The position numbers and the translations under genes are program-made. From Acidimicrobiales bacterium (lineage in GTDB: Bacteria > Actinomycetota > Acidimicrobiia > Acidimicrobiales > CADCSY01): a DNA stretch of 59,753 nt. The DNA lies in contig JAOBWJ010000110.1 in the NCBI GenBank assembly GCA_025463335.1, forward strand, positions 1 to 59,753, written 5' to 3'. Positions 17,240-26,876 of the stretch are shown here, one piece after another (the first letter of the stretch is position 1; every line of letters starts with the position of its first letter). Under the pieces are notes generated by a model. It was given only the letters and a program-made list of their open reading frames with translations. It made no database searches and was not told the DNA's origin.

Positions 17240-18960
17240 CAGTCGAGCGAGGGCGTGCGGGTGTCGCGGCCGGACCGGAGCAGGGTGCCCGACCGGGACT
17301 CGGTGAGGGCGCCGTCGCGCACGATGGCCTCGCCGTTGACCAGCACGTGCTCGATGCCCCGGGCCCCGGCGTACAGCCGGCCGGCGCCACCAGGCAGGTC
17401 GAACCGCATGGCCACGTCATCGGTGTGGACCGTGGCCGGGTCGAGCACGACCACGTCGGCGTGCCAACCCTCCTCCAACCGACCCCGGTCGACCAGCCCG
17501 TAGAGGCGGGCCGGCACGTCGGTGATGAGGTGGATGGCCTCCTCCAGCGACAGCACCTGACGTTCCCGCACCGCCTCGCCGAGGAGCACGGTGGCGTAGT
17601 TGAACGAGGCCAGCAGGTCGAGGTGGGCGCCGGCATCCGACGCGCCGATCACGGCGCGGGAGTCACGCCAGAACTCGAGGCGGGCCTTCCAGTCGTCGTC
17701 GGTCTCGGGGATGACCACGGTGCCGAAGCTGGTGAGCAGCTCGTCGGCCAGCACGATGTCGACCAGCGCGTCCCACGGGTCGCGGCCCTGCTCGGCGGCG
17801 ATCTCCCCGACGGTGCGGCCCTCGTACTGCTTGTTCTCGGGGGCGACCACGTCGTAGATGACCTTGGTCGCCCAGTTGGTGAGGGTGCCAATGGGGTTGC
17901 CGGGGGCCTGGGCCCGTTCGTTGAGCTTGTCCCGCGCCGCCTTGTCGCGGAACAGGGCCAGCTTCTGGTCGCGGGGCAGGAGCATGGCCTCCTCCCACCC
18001 GGGCACGGCGTCGAGCACGAAGCCGGAGGCGAACGACAAGCGCACGCCGAAGCTGTGGGGGATGGTGAGAGCCACGACCTTGCCACCGCGTGACCGGGCC
18101 ACGTCGCCGGCCTCGAGCTTGGCCTGGCCATCGGCGGCGTTGCCGGCGGTGACCGTGAGGATGTTCCAGTTGAGCGGCCGCTGGGCAGCCGCCGACAGCC
18201 CGGCCATCAGGTCGACGGCCCACGGCTCGAAGCGGGGCCCGACCATGGGGATGAACTCGAGCGAGGTGCCCTCGTGCTCGCCGGCCACCCCGGTCAGCGT
18301 CAGCAGCTCGTCGGTGGTGGCGTAGCGGGACGGGACCATGTGACCGTCGGCGTCGTTGTGGGTGCGGGCCCACGACGAGGAGAAGCCGAGTCCACCGGCG
18401 TCCAACCCCTCGTGGAGGAGGCGCTCCATGGCGTCGATCTCGTCGTCGGTCGCCGTGCGCTGGTTGGCCTCGGTGCCCATGACGACGCGGCGCATGGACG
18501 AATGGCCGACCATGAAGCCGGCGTTCACGCCCAAGTTGCCATCGATGGTGTCGAAGTACTCGGACGTGGTCCTCCACGACCACGGCACTCCCTCGCGGAG
18601 GGACTCGAGCGGCATGCCCTCGACGCGGGCGAGCATACGCATGAGGTAGTCGCCGTCGGCCGGGTCGGCGGACAGCGGGGCGATGGTGAAGCCGCAGTTG
18701 CCGGCCAGCACCGTGGTCACGCCGTGCAGGGGCGACGGGGTGAGGGCACCGTCCCAGAACACCTGGGCGTCGTAGTGCGTGTGCACGTCGACGAAGCCGG
18801 GGGCCACCACCTTGCCGGTGGCGTCGACCACCGAGGCGGCCTCCCCGGTCACCTCGCCAATGGCGACGATGCGCCCGTCGCGGATGCCGACGTCGGCTCG
18901 CCGGCGCGGCCCGCCGCTGCCGTCGACGACCTCGCCGCCTCTGATGATCACGTCGTACAT
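17239..18960 (-). CDS. Amidohydrolase family protein (N-acyl-D-amino-acid deacylase-like)
   Basis: 573 aa. N-terminal DVIIRGG..VDG and the metal motif PGFVDVHTHYD. Confidence 0.85.
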   Translation of the reverse strand: MYDVIIRGGEVVDGSGGPRRRADVGIRDGRIVAIGEVTGEAASVVDATGKVVAPGFVDVHTHYDAQVFWDGALTPSPLHGVTTVLAGNCGFTIAPLSADPADGDYLMRMLARVEGMPLESLREGVPWSWRTTSEYFDTIDGNLGVNAGFMVGHSSMRRVVMGTEANQRTATDDEIDAMERLLHEGLDAGGLGFSSSWARTHNDADGHMVPSRYATTDELLTLTGVAGEHEGTSLEFIPMVGPRFEPWAVDLMAGLSAAAQRPLNWNILTVTAGNAADGQAKLEAGDVARSRGGKVVALTIPHSFGVRLSFASGFVLDAVPGWEEAMLLPRDQKLALFRDKAARDKLNERAQAPGNPIGTLTNWATKVIYDVVAPENKQYEGRTVGEIAAEQGRDPWDALVDIVLADELLTSFGTVVIPETDDDWKARLEFWRDSRAVIGASDAGAHLDLLASFNYATVLLGEAVRERQVLSLEEAIHLITDVPARLYGLVDRGRLEEGWHADVVVLDPATVHTDDVAMRFDLPGGAGRLYAGARGIEHVLVNGEAIVRDGALTESRSGTLLRSGRDTRTPSLD

Positions 18961-18974
18961 GGCGCGCCTCCCCT

Positions 18975-19802
18975 TCAGTCCCCGAGCATGGCATCCACGA
19001 TGGCCGCCATGCGCGTCCGCTCACCGTCGCGGGACTGACCACCGGCCTCGAGGAACCGGCGCATGGGTGTCTGGTGGGCGCCGCTGGCCAGGAGCCGGGC
19101 CAGTGCGTTGCTCTCGGCCACCAGGGCGTCCTGCATCCCGGCCAGCGACACCTCGACCACCTCCTTCACTGCGGCGATCGACGCCGCCGGCATGACGGCG
19201 ATGCGCCGGGCCAGGGTCATGGCCTCCCGCTCGAGCCGGTCGGCGGGCGCCAGAGCGTGCAGCCAGCCGAGGACCAGAGCCTCGCTCGCTTCCACGTCCC
19301 GGCCGGTCAGGAGGATCTCCAGGGCGTTGCTGCGGCCGACGAGTCGGGGCCAGCGGACGGTGCCACCGGCGCCGGGCAGGATGCCCATCGGCACCTCGGG
19401 TTGACCGATGACCGAGCGGGGTGAAGCGAACCGGAAGTCGAGGGCTGACAGGAACTCGCACCCGCCGCCCCGGGCCGCGCCGTCGAGGATGCCGATGGTC
19501 ACCAGCCGGCCGGTGGCCAGTCGCTGGAAGGTGGCGGCGGCCGCGTTGGGCGTCGTCACCGGTTGGTGTTGACCGGGCGGCACGGCGACGAGCAGCTCCA
19601 CGTCGCCGTGCATGAGGAAGAAGTCAGCGTCCGCGCTCCGGAAGACGAGCACCTTGACCGCCTCGTCGGTCTCCAGGTCGTCGAGGAGGGCGACGAGTCC
19701 GCCGATGAAGCCGCCGTCGACCAGGTTGTGCGGGGGGTGATCGATGGTGACCTTGGCGATGCCGGCCTCGATGTCGGTCCGCAACGGGCCGTACTCCCCC
19801 AT
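18975..19802 (-). CDS. Enoyl-CoA hydratase/isomerase family protein
   Basis: 275 aa. Crotonase fold with ILDGAARGGGCEF and MGILPGAGGT. Confidence 0.85.
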   Translation of the reverse strand: MGEYGPLRTDIEAGIAKVTIDHPPHNLVDGGFIGGLVALLDDLETDEAVKVLVFRSADADFFLMHGDVELLVAVPPGQHQPVTTPNAAAATFQRLATGRLVTIGILDGAARGGGCEFLSALDFRFASPRSVIGQPEVPMGILPGAGGTVRWPRLVGRSNALEILLTGRDVEASEALVLGWLHALAPADRLEREAMTLARRIAVMPAASIAAVKEVVEVSLAGMQDALVAESNALARLLASGAHQTPMRRFLEAGGQSRDGERTRMAAIVDAMLGD

Positions 19803-19828
19803 GGCCGGGCAACCTATCGTCGGCCCCC

Positions 19829-20641
19829 ATGCTCCGCATCGACGACGCCGACCGGGTCCGCACCATCACGCTCGATCGGCCCGACGCCCTCAACGCCTTC
19901 AACGAGGCGCTGTACGACGCCACCACCGAGGCCCTCATCGCCGCCGCCGCCGACCCCAACGTGGCGGTCGTGGTCATGACGGGGACCGGGCGCTCGTTCT
20001 CGGCCGGCACCGACGTGCTGGAGATGGCCGCCCGCACCACCGACCCCGGGACCTTTCAGGCCGGCGTGCACGGGTTCCCCGGCCTGATCGAGCAGCTGGC
20101 GGCCTTCCCCAAGCCGCTGCTGTGCGCGGTGAACGGCATGGCCCTCGGCATCGGGGCCACCATGCTGGGCTTCGCCGATCTGGTGCTCATGTCGACCGAC
20201 GCCCGCGTCCGCTGCCCGTTCACCGACCTGGCCGTGGCCCCTGAGGCGGCCAGCAGCTACACGTTCCCGCTCTTGCTCGGGCGCCAGCACGCCACCTGGG
20301 CGCTGATGAGCTCGGAGTGGATCCCGGCGGCCGAGTGCGAGCGCATGGGCCTGGCGTGGCGGGTGACCGAGCCCGACCGGCTGCTCCCGGAGACGCACGA
20401 GGTGGCTCGTCACCTGGCGGCCAAGCCCCTTGCCTCGCTGATCGAGACCAAGCGCACCATCACCGCCGGCCACCGCGACGCCATCGCCGCCGCCCGCAAG
20501 CGGGAGGACCAGGCGTTCGTCCGTCTCCTCGGCCGGCCCGCCAACCTCGAGGCCTTCACGGCCCTCGGTGAGCGCCGCGCACCCGACTTCGCCCGCGTCG
20601 ACGCCGAGCACCCGGTGGACGTCCAGCTCCACTCGACGTAA
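19829..20641 (+). CDS. Enoyl-CoA hydratase/isomerase family protein
   Basis: 270 aa. VVMTGTGRSFSAGTD and AVNGMALGIGATML. Only 26 nt separate it from the divergent hydratase gene. Confidence 0.9.
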   Translation: MLRIDDADRVRTITLDRPDALNAFNEALYDATTEALIAAAADPNVAVVVMTGTGRSFSAGTDVLEMAARTTDPGTFQAGVHGFPGLIEQLAAFPKPLLCAVNGMALGIGATMLGFADLVLMSTDARVRCPFTDLAVAPEAASSYTFPLLLGRQHATWALMSSEWIPAAECERMGLAWRVTEPDRLLPETHEVARHLAAKPLASLIETKRTITAGHRDAIAAARKREDQAFVRLLGRPANLEAFTALGERRAPDFARVDAEHPVDVQLHST

Positions 20642-20651
20642 GGACCACGGC

Positions 20652-20702
20652 GTTCTGGGTCCCAAAAACGACCAGGTTCCGGTCGGTTTTGGGACCCAGA
20701 AC
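20652..20702. repeat. Palindromic hairpin element, copy 2
   Basis: GTTCTGGGTCCCAAAA.CGACC.GGTTCC.GGTCG.TTTTGGGACCCAGAAC, lying between convergent genes. It shares the outer arms and the inner CCGGTCGG core with 6726..6777. The G-to-T change in the left arm is matched by C-to-A in the right arm. Confidence 0.8.
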
Positions 20703-20713
20703 AGGCTTCTTCG

Positions 20714-21910
20714 CTACGCCGTGGGCACCGCGAAGTGGTCGACGTAGCGGGCGAAGCCGGCGGCCACCGCCTCGCGGTCGAGACCGAGGGCGTCGAACGA
20801 GTACTGGTGCTCGCCGTGGCGGCCCTGGGGTCGGGCCTCGAGGTGGGCCGCCATCCGCCGCTCGAGGTCGTCGGACCACTCGAGCCCGAGGGCGTCGTAC
20901 ACGGCGTGCACGGTGGCCAGCGGCTGCTCGAGGAAGTCGGCGTAGTGGCCATGGTGGAACCGCCCGGCCGGCAGGGGCTGGTCGACCAGGCGGTCGAGGC
21001 TGCGGGTGAAGAGGTCGGCGTGGTACCGGCCGACCTCGGCGAAGTCGGCGTGGTCGCTGTGCACCCACCGGAGGTTCGTGACCAGGCTCGACGCCGAGGC
21101 CAGCACGGCCATCGGGTCGCGGTGGGTGAAGGCCAGCCGGGCGTCGGGGTAGACGGCGAGCAGGGCGTCGAGGTTGTGCAGGTGCACGGGTGACTTCAGC
21201 ACCCAGCGGGCCGGACCGCTCCGGCGCTGGAGGATCTGGAGCACCAGCCGGTGGCGCTCGTAGGCCGGGCGCATGTCGCTGGCCTGGAGCCAGGTCACGT
21301 AGCTGGGCACGTGGTAGCGGGCCGTGAACTCCTCCGACTGCAGCTCGAACGACATGGCCGACAGGCACTCCTTGGCGTTGCGGGCGCCGTACTCGTGGAT
21401 GGCGTCCATGCTCGGCGTGACCCGGGCCAACATCCGCAGCTCGGCCTCGGCCAGGGCCACCCGCCCGTCCTCCCGACCGGTCGGCGGGGGCAGCGGCCGT
21501 AGCAGCTCCCACCCGAGCGGCGCTCGCAGCTTGGGATCCTCGACGAGCAGGGCGTGGAGGATCGTCGTGCCGGTGCGGGGGGCGCCGGCCACGAACACCG
21601 GCTCGGCGATCACCTCGTCGACCACGCCCGGGTCGGCGCGCACGTAGCGCTCCTGCTGGATGCGCCCGACGAGCAGCCGCTGCAGGAACCGCCGGGTCAG
21701 CCACCGCCCCAGGATGGTGAGCTGGGCCTCGTCCTCGAGCGCCGGGAGCAGCACCTCGAGCGGCTCGAGGAACCGGTCGTCGCCGAAGGCGGCCAGGCCC
21801 TCGTCGGTGCCGTCCACGGCCAGCGCTTCGCCCAGCACGAGGTCCCGGGTGAACGGGCGGCCCGCCTCCTCGGTGATCGGCTCGACGTCCCCTCGGTTGA
21901 CGGCCACCAC
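20714..21910 (-). CDS. Sulfotransferase family protein
   Basis: ORF 20714..23065 trimmed. PAPS-loop-like FVAGAPRTGTTILHALL and WVLKSPVHL. The start is ambiguous among GTG 21958, 21943, 21910 and 21907. Confidence 0.8.
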   Translation of the reverse strand: MVAVNRGDVEPITEEAGRPFTRDLVLGEALAVDGTDEGLAAFGDDRFLEPLEVLLPALEDEAQLTILGRWLTRRFLQRLLVGRIQQERYVRADPGVVDEVIAEPVFVAGAPRTGTTILHALLVEDPKLRAPLGWELLRPLPPPTGREDGRVALAEAELRMLARVTPSMDAIHEYGARNAKECLSAMSFELQSEEFTARYHVPSYVTWLQASDMRPAYERHRLVLQILQRRSGPARWVLKSPVHLHNLDALLAVYPDARLAFTHRDPMAVLASASSLVTNLRWVHSDHADFAEVGRYHADLFTRSLDRLVDQPLPAGRFHHGHYADFLEQPLATVHAVYDALGLEWSDDLERRMAAHLEARPQGRHGEHQYSFDALGLDREAVAAGFARYVDHFAVPTA

Positions 21911-21958
21911 CCAGTCGGGCCGCGGCCCCGGATCCCATCCCACTACGTTCCCCTTCAC

Positions 21959-23089
21959 ATGAGCGACGTGGCGATCCAAGCATGGCGGGACCTGTGCGCG
22001 CGGCTGGAACGGCTGGGCACCGAGGTCATCGGCGATGGCTATGCCAGCGCCGATCCGATGGAGATGCTCGAGCACCTCGCCGACCAGACCGTGTGCTGGC
22101 TGGGATGGTCGGTCTTTCACGCCGACCCGGCCCGGCCCTTCTTCCACCGCAGCAACGACCTCGTGACCCAGTACGGCGGCCCCAACGCCGACAACGTCTA
22201 CCGCCACGCCCGCATCGACCCGTCGCGGCGCTATCGCATCGCCGGGAAGATGCACGGCTGCGAGGACTTCCTCCTCACGCTGCGCTCCGGGTTCATGCAC
22301 GAGCCCGTCCACGGCACGCTCGCCGACCACACCGCGTCGGAGCTGGGCATCGGCCCGGGCGACGACTTCGAGCTGCTGCTCGGCGGCGACGGCATCCCCA
22401 TCCCCGACGGGGTGAAGATGGCCACCATCCGGGAGTACTACTTCGACTGGCAGGTCGAGGAGCCGGCCACGTTCACCATCGAGTGCCTCGATCCGCCGGG
22501 CGCCGAGCCGCCGCTCACCGACGACGTGCTGGCCGCCCGCCTCTCCGATGCCGGTGCCGCCATCGAGCACTCGATCAGCTACTGGCACCGCTACCTCGAC
22601 GACGTGTGGGAGGGGCAGACGCCCAACGAGTTCGCCCCCTCGCACCGAGGGGCCAAGGGCCTGAACCTGGCCCAGTACGCGTTCTGCATGTTCGATCTGG
22701 CGCCCGACGAGGCCCTCGTGGTCGACACCGACCTGGCCCCGGCCCGCTACTGGAGCCTGCACCTCTATCCCATGGGCACCTTCGCCCACATGGACGTGGT
22801 CAACACGGTGACGTCGCTCAACCATCGCCAGGCCGAGATCGGCGACGACGGTCGGCTTCACGCCGTCGTCAGCGCCGGCGACCCCGGCGTGGCCAACTGG
22901 CTCGAGACCGGGGGCCGACGGCGGGGGCTGCTCACGTACCGGTGGTTCTGGCCGACGGGCGACGGCATGCCGGCCCCCGAGGCCCGGGTCGTGAGGCTGG
23001 CCGAGCTGGATGGTCCGGTCACCGCCGAGCAGCGGGCCGCCACCCGAGCCGCCCGCCGGGCCCATCTCGCCTGGCGCTTCCGGGAGTGA
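21959..23089 (+). CDS. DUF1214-like domain protein
   Basis: ORF 21554..23089 trimmed to ATG 21959 (MSDVAIQAWRDLCARLERLG...). 376 aa. Family assignment from memory. Confidence 0.7.
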   Translation: MSDVAIQAWRDLCARLERLGTEVIGDGYASADPMEMLEHLADQTVCWLGWSVFHADPARPFFHRSNDLVTQYGGPNADNVYRHARIDPSRRYRIAGKMHGCEDFLLTLRSGFMHEPVHGTLADHTASELGIGPGDDFELLLGGDGIPIPDGVKMATIREYYFDWQVEEPATFTIECLDPPGAEPPLTDDVLAARLSDAGAAIEHSISYWHRYLDDVWEGQTPNEFAPSHRGAKGLNLAQYAFCMFDLAPDEALVVDTDLAPARYWSLHLYPMGTFAHMDVVNTVTSLNHRQAEIGDDGRLHAVVSAGDPGVANWLETGGRRRGLLTYRWFWPTGDGMPAPEARVVRLAELDGPVTAEQRAATRAARRAHLAWRFRE

Positions 23090-23871
23090 GCACGTTGCTC
23101 GAAGGCCGGGTGGCCATCGTCTCCGGCGTGGGCCCCGGCCTCGGTCGCGGCCTGGCTCTTGAACTGGCGGCGCACGGCGCCGACCTGGTGCTCGTTGCCC
23201 GCCGCCAGGAGCACCTCGACGCGGTGGCCGCCGAGGTCGAGGCGCTCGGCCGTTCGGCCCTGCGCGTGCCCGCCGACATCACCGATCCCGCCGCCTGCCA
23301 GGACGTTGTGGACCAGACGCTCGAGCGCTTCGGCCGGGTCGACACGTTGGTGAACAACGCCCATCGGGGTGGCACTCACCACCGGTTCCTCGACACGTTC
23401 GACACCGACGCCTGGCGGGCCGCCATGGAGGTGAACCTGTGGGGCTCGCTGACCATGACCCACGCCGTGGCCCGGGCCATGGTCTCCCAGGGGGCAGGCA
23501 GCATCGTGATGATCGGCACCATGGCCGTGCGCGACATCCAGCCTGGCCAGGGCCCGTATGCCACCTCCAAGGCGGCGCTCGTGTCGGCCACGAGGACGCT
23601 GGCCCGCGAGCTGGGCCCGAACGGCGTCCGGGTCAACGCCGTGCTCCCCGGCTACATGGACGGGCCCGCCGTCGACGCGTGGATGCAGTCCGAGGCAGCC
23701 TCGCGAGGAGGCACGGCCGACGACGTGCGGGTCGAGCTGATCGAGAAGATCGCCCTGCGGTTCCTGCCCGCCGAGCGCGAGGTCGCCGGCACCGTGGTGT
23801 GGTTGGCGTCCGACCTGGCCCGGCCGGTCACCGGCCAGGCGGTCGACGTCAACGGGGGGCAGTACCTCTAG
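23086..23871 (+). CDS. SDR family oxidoreductase
   Basis: Frame of ORF 21982..23871 trimmed to GTG 23086, which overlaps the upstream stop (GTGA). GRVAIVSGVGPGLG, NNA, PYATSKAAL. Confidence 0.9.
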   Translation: MSTLLEGRVAIVSGVGPGLGRGLALELAAHGADLVLVARRQEHLDAVAAEVEALGRSALRVPADITDPAACQDVVDQTLERFGRVDTLVNNAHRGGTHHRFLDTFDTDAWRAAMEVNLWGSLTMTHAVARAMVSQGAGSIVMIGTMAVRDIQPGQGPYATSKAALVSATRTLARELGPNGVRVNAVLPGYMDGPAVDAWMQSEAASRGGTADDVRVELIEKIALRFLPAEREVAGTVVWLASDLARPVTGQAVDVNGGQYL

Positions 23872-23943
23872 GCCCTAGGCTCTGCTGCTGGTGTGCCGGG
23901 AAGTCTGGTCGGCGGTCCCCGATCGTCGACCCCGGACACGCCC

Positions 23944-25050
23944 ATGCTCCGCCCTTCCCGCCTCGCCGAGTTCCTCCGGACGGAATCCGCCGGCGGCGCC
24001 GTGCTGCTCGCCGCCACCGTCGTGGCGCTCGTCCTGGCCAACTCGCCGTGGCACACCGGCTGGGCCGATCTCTGGTCCGGGCCCGCCCACCACTGGGTGA
24101 ACGACGGGCTGATGACGCTGTTCTTCTACGTCGTCGGCCTGGAGATCACGAGGGAGCTGACCGACGGCGAGCTCCGCGACCCCCGCACCGCCGCCCTGCC
24201 GGTGGTCGCCGCCCTGGGCGGGATGGTCCTCCCTGCGCTGCTGTTCACGGCCGTGGTCGGTTCGACCGCCGGCGGCCACGGCTGGGCCATCCCCATGGCC
24301 ACCGACATCGCGTTCGCCGTCGGCGTCCTGGGTCTGCTCGGGCCGAGGGTGCCGCCCTCGCTGAAGCTGTTCCTGTTGGCCCTCGCCATCGTCGACGATC
24401 TCGGCGCCATCGTGGTCATCGCCGTCTTCTACGCCGATCGCACCGAGCCGCTCGCCCTGCTGTTCGCCGCCGGCATGGTCTCCGCCCTCGTCGCTCTCCG
24501 CCGCGCCCGGGTGGAGCCGCTGCTCCCCTATCTGGTGCTCGGCGCCGGCCTGTGGCTGGCGATGGACGCCTCGGGCATCCACCCCACCATCGCCGGTGTG
24601 GTGCTCGCCGGCTGCACGCCGCGGGCATGGCGGGAGCGACTCGAGCATCGGCTCCACCCGGTGGCCAGCTTCGTGGTCATCCCGGTGTTCGCCCTGGCCA
24701 ACGCCGGCGTGCACGTCGACGCCGGCGCCCTCGACCCCCCCGGTGCCGTGCGGCTGGCGGCCGGCGTCGCCATCGGCCTGGTCGCCGGCAAGGCGCTCGG
24801 CGTCTTCGGCGCCACCTGGCTCGCCGTGCGGTCCGGCGTGGGGCGGCTACCGGAGGGCGCGACCTGGACGCAGCTGGCGGGCGTGGCCGCCGTGGCCGGC
24901 ATCGGCTTCACCGTCTCGCTGTTCGTGGCCGACCTGGCCTTCCCGGATGCCGGGCTGCAGGCCGCGGCCAAGCTCGGGATCCTCGGAGGCTCGGTGGTGG
25001 CCGCCCTCGCCGGGGGCGGTCACCTCTGGCGAGTGACCCGCGCTCGGTAG
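23944..25050 (+). CDS. nhaA: Na+/H+ antiporter NhaA
   Basis: ORF 23893..25050 trimmed to ATG 23944 (MLRPSRLAEFLRTESAGGAVLL...). AIPMATDIAFA and LALAIVDDLGAI are NhaA signature segments. Confidence 0.9.
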   Translation: MLRPSRLAEFLRTESAGGAVLLAATVVALVLANSPWHTGWADLWSGPAHHWVNDGLMTLFFYVVGLEITRELTDGELRDPRTAALPVVAALGGMVLPALLFTAVVGSTAGGHGWAIPMATDIAFAVGVLGLLGPRVPPSLKLFLLALAIVDDLGAIVVIAVFYADRTEPLALLFAAGMVSALVALRRARVEPLLPYLVLGAGLWLAMDASGIHPTIAGVVLAGCTPRAWRERLEHRLHPVASFVVIPVFALANAGVHVDAGALDPPGAVRLAAGVAIGLVAGKALGVFGATWLAVRSGVGRLPEGATWTQLAGVAAVAGIGFTVSLFVADLAFPDAGLQAAAKLGILGGSVVAALAGGGHLWRVTRAR

Positions 25051-25059
25051 CGTTGCTTC

Positions 25060-25302
25060 ATGGACGACCAGGAGATCCTGCGGAAAATCCACGAGCTGGT
25101 GGACGAGGAGCACACCCTCGAACATCACACGGGGCCGAAAGGACTCGGGGAGGACGAGCAGGCCCGACTCCGGTCGCTCGAAGTGGCCCTCGACCAGTGC
25201 TGGGACCTCCTGCGCCAGCGTCGAGCCCGACGCTCCGCCGGTGAGGAACCCGACGCCGCCGGCGTGCGCGACCCCAACGTCGTGGAGGGCTACCAGCAGT
25301 AG
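25060..25302 (+). CDS. DUF2630-like small acidic protein
   Basis: 80-aa helical ORF (ILRKIHELVDEEHTLE...). Functional call is weak. Confidence 0.65.
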   Translation: MDDQEILRKIHELVDEEHTLEHHTGPKGLGEDEQARLRSLEVALDQCWDLLRQRRARRSAGEEPDAAGVRDPNVVEGYQQ

Positions 25303-25323
25303 CTCGGCCGGGCGCCGAACCTC

Positions 25324-25358
25324 GTCGCGTTGTGCGTCTCCCACACGCACAACGCGAC
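25324..25358 (+). terminator. Strong hairpin downstream of the DUF2630-like gene (no U-tract)
   Basis: Perfect 14-bp stem GTCGCGTTGTGCGT / ACGCACAACGCGAC with the 7-nt loop CTCCCAC, starting 21 nt after the stop. Confidence 0.6.
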
Positions 25359-25468
25359 AAAGAGGGCGAACCCGACGGTGCTCACGTCGGTGCCGTCCAG
25401 GACGGGTCCTTCAAGACGTTTTCCCGGTCGTTAGGACCCCTCTAACCTCCGCCTGCCATCGTTCCGGT

Positions 25469-26866
25469 GTGGAAGTCGCGACGATCTCAGTGGCGAACGC
25501 GCCGACGGGTCAGCCCTCCCGGGCGGAACGGGCCAAAGGGCGGGCGCGGAGCCGGGCGTGGGACGTGGGTGTGGTCCTCGCTGCCAACGCCGTGGTGGTG
25601 GTCGGGCTGTGGGTTCGCCACGGTGGCCTCGACCAGTTGTCCGCTCCGGGCGGATGGCTCACCGCGGGAGGTCAGCTCACCGGTCTGGTGGGCACCTACG
25701 CCGTGCTCATCGAGGTGCTCCTCATGTCACGCATCGCCTGGTTGGAGCGGTACGTGGGCTTCGACCGTCTGGCGGTCTGGCATCGCTGGACCGGGTTCTC
25801 CTCGGTGCTCCTGCTCGTCGGCCATGCCGTGCTCATCACGCTCGGCTACGCCGCCAGCAGCCACGTCTCGATCCCGAACCAGATCGGTGACTTCGTCCTG
25901 CATTACCCCGACGTGCTCATGTCGATCGTCGGGCTTGCCCTGTTCATCACCATCGCCGTGGTGTCGGTGCGCGCCGCTCGCCGCCGACTCTCCCGCGAGG
26001 CCTGGTACTCGGTGCACCTCTACGCCTACCTCGCCGTGGCGCTCTCCTTCGCCCACCAGCTCGCGGTCGGCACCGACTTCAGCAGCGATCGACTGGCCCG
26101 AGCCTGGTGGATCGCGCTGTACGTCGCCGTGTTCGGTGCCATCGCCGCCTGGAGGCTGGGTCGGCCGCTGTGGTTCAACGCTCGGCACCGCCTGCGGATC
26201 CACGCCGTGCGGAGGGAGGCCGACGGGGTCATCTCGCTCTACATCGCCGGCCGTCGCCTCGACCGGATCCAGGCCGAAGCCGGACAGTTCTTCCTATGGC
26301 GGTTCCTCACCGGCACGGGGTGGGCGAAGGCGTACCCCTTCTCGCTTTCGGCACCGCCGAACAAGCAGTTCCTCCGCGTCACCATCAAGGCCCTCGGCGA
26401 CGACACCCGGGCGATGCAGCGGCTCCAACCCGGCGTGCGGGTCTTCGCCGAAGGCCCCTACGGAACCTTCACCGCGACGCGCCGGACCCGGCGGCGGGTC
26501 GCCCTCATCGCCGGCGGCATCGGGATCACGCCGTTGCGGGCGCTGCTCCAGACGCTCCCGGGGAAGCCCGGCGACATCACCTTGCTCTATCGAGTGGCCT
26601 CCGACGCAGACGTGGCGTTCGGCCAGGAGCTCACCGCACTCGCGCAGCAGGGCCACGTCGACGTGCGGGTCCTGGTCGGTGCCGACATCGGCGACGATCA
26701 CACCGACCGCCTCGGAATCCCGGCCTTGCGCGGCCTTGTGCCCGACATCGCCGATCGCGATGTCTTCGTGTGTGGACCGCCGGCCATGGTGGACGCCGTC
26801 CGTCGTCGCCTGCGAGCACTGCACGTCCCCGCCCGCCAGATCCATTTCGAACGCTTCTCGTACTAG
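25469..26866 (+). CDS. Ferric-reductase-like transmembrane protein fused to an FAD/NAD(P)-binding oxidoreductase domain
   Basis: ORF 25241..26866 trimmed to GTG 25469. Multi-TM N-terminus with conserved His (WHRWTG, YSVHLYAY, AFAHQL). FAD motif YPFSLS and NAD(P) motif IAGGIGITP. Confidence 0.85.
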   Translation: MEVATISVANAPTGQPSRAERAKGRARSRAWDVGVVLAANAVVVVGLWVRHGGLDQLSAPGGWLTAGGQLTGLVGTYAVLIEVLLMSRIAWLERYVGFDRLAVWHRWTGFSSVLLLVGHAVLITLGYAASSHVSIPNQIGDFVLHYPDVLMSIVGLALFITIAVVSVRAARRRLSREAWYSVHLYAYLAVALSFAHQLAVGTDFSSDRLARAWWIALYVAVFGAIAAWRLGRPLWFNARHRLRIHAVRREADGVISLYIAGRRLDRIQAEAGQFFLWRFLTGTGWAKAYPFSLSAPPNKQFLRVTIKALGDDTRAMQRLQPGVRVFAEGPYGTFTATRRTRRRVALIAGGIGITPLRALLQTLPGKPGDITLLYRVASDADVAFGQELTALAQQGHVDVRVLVGADIGDDHTDRLGIPALRGLVPDIADRDVFVCGPPAMVDAVRRRLRALHVPARQIHFERFSY

Positions 26867-26876
26867 GAGCTCTGCC

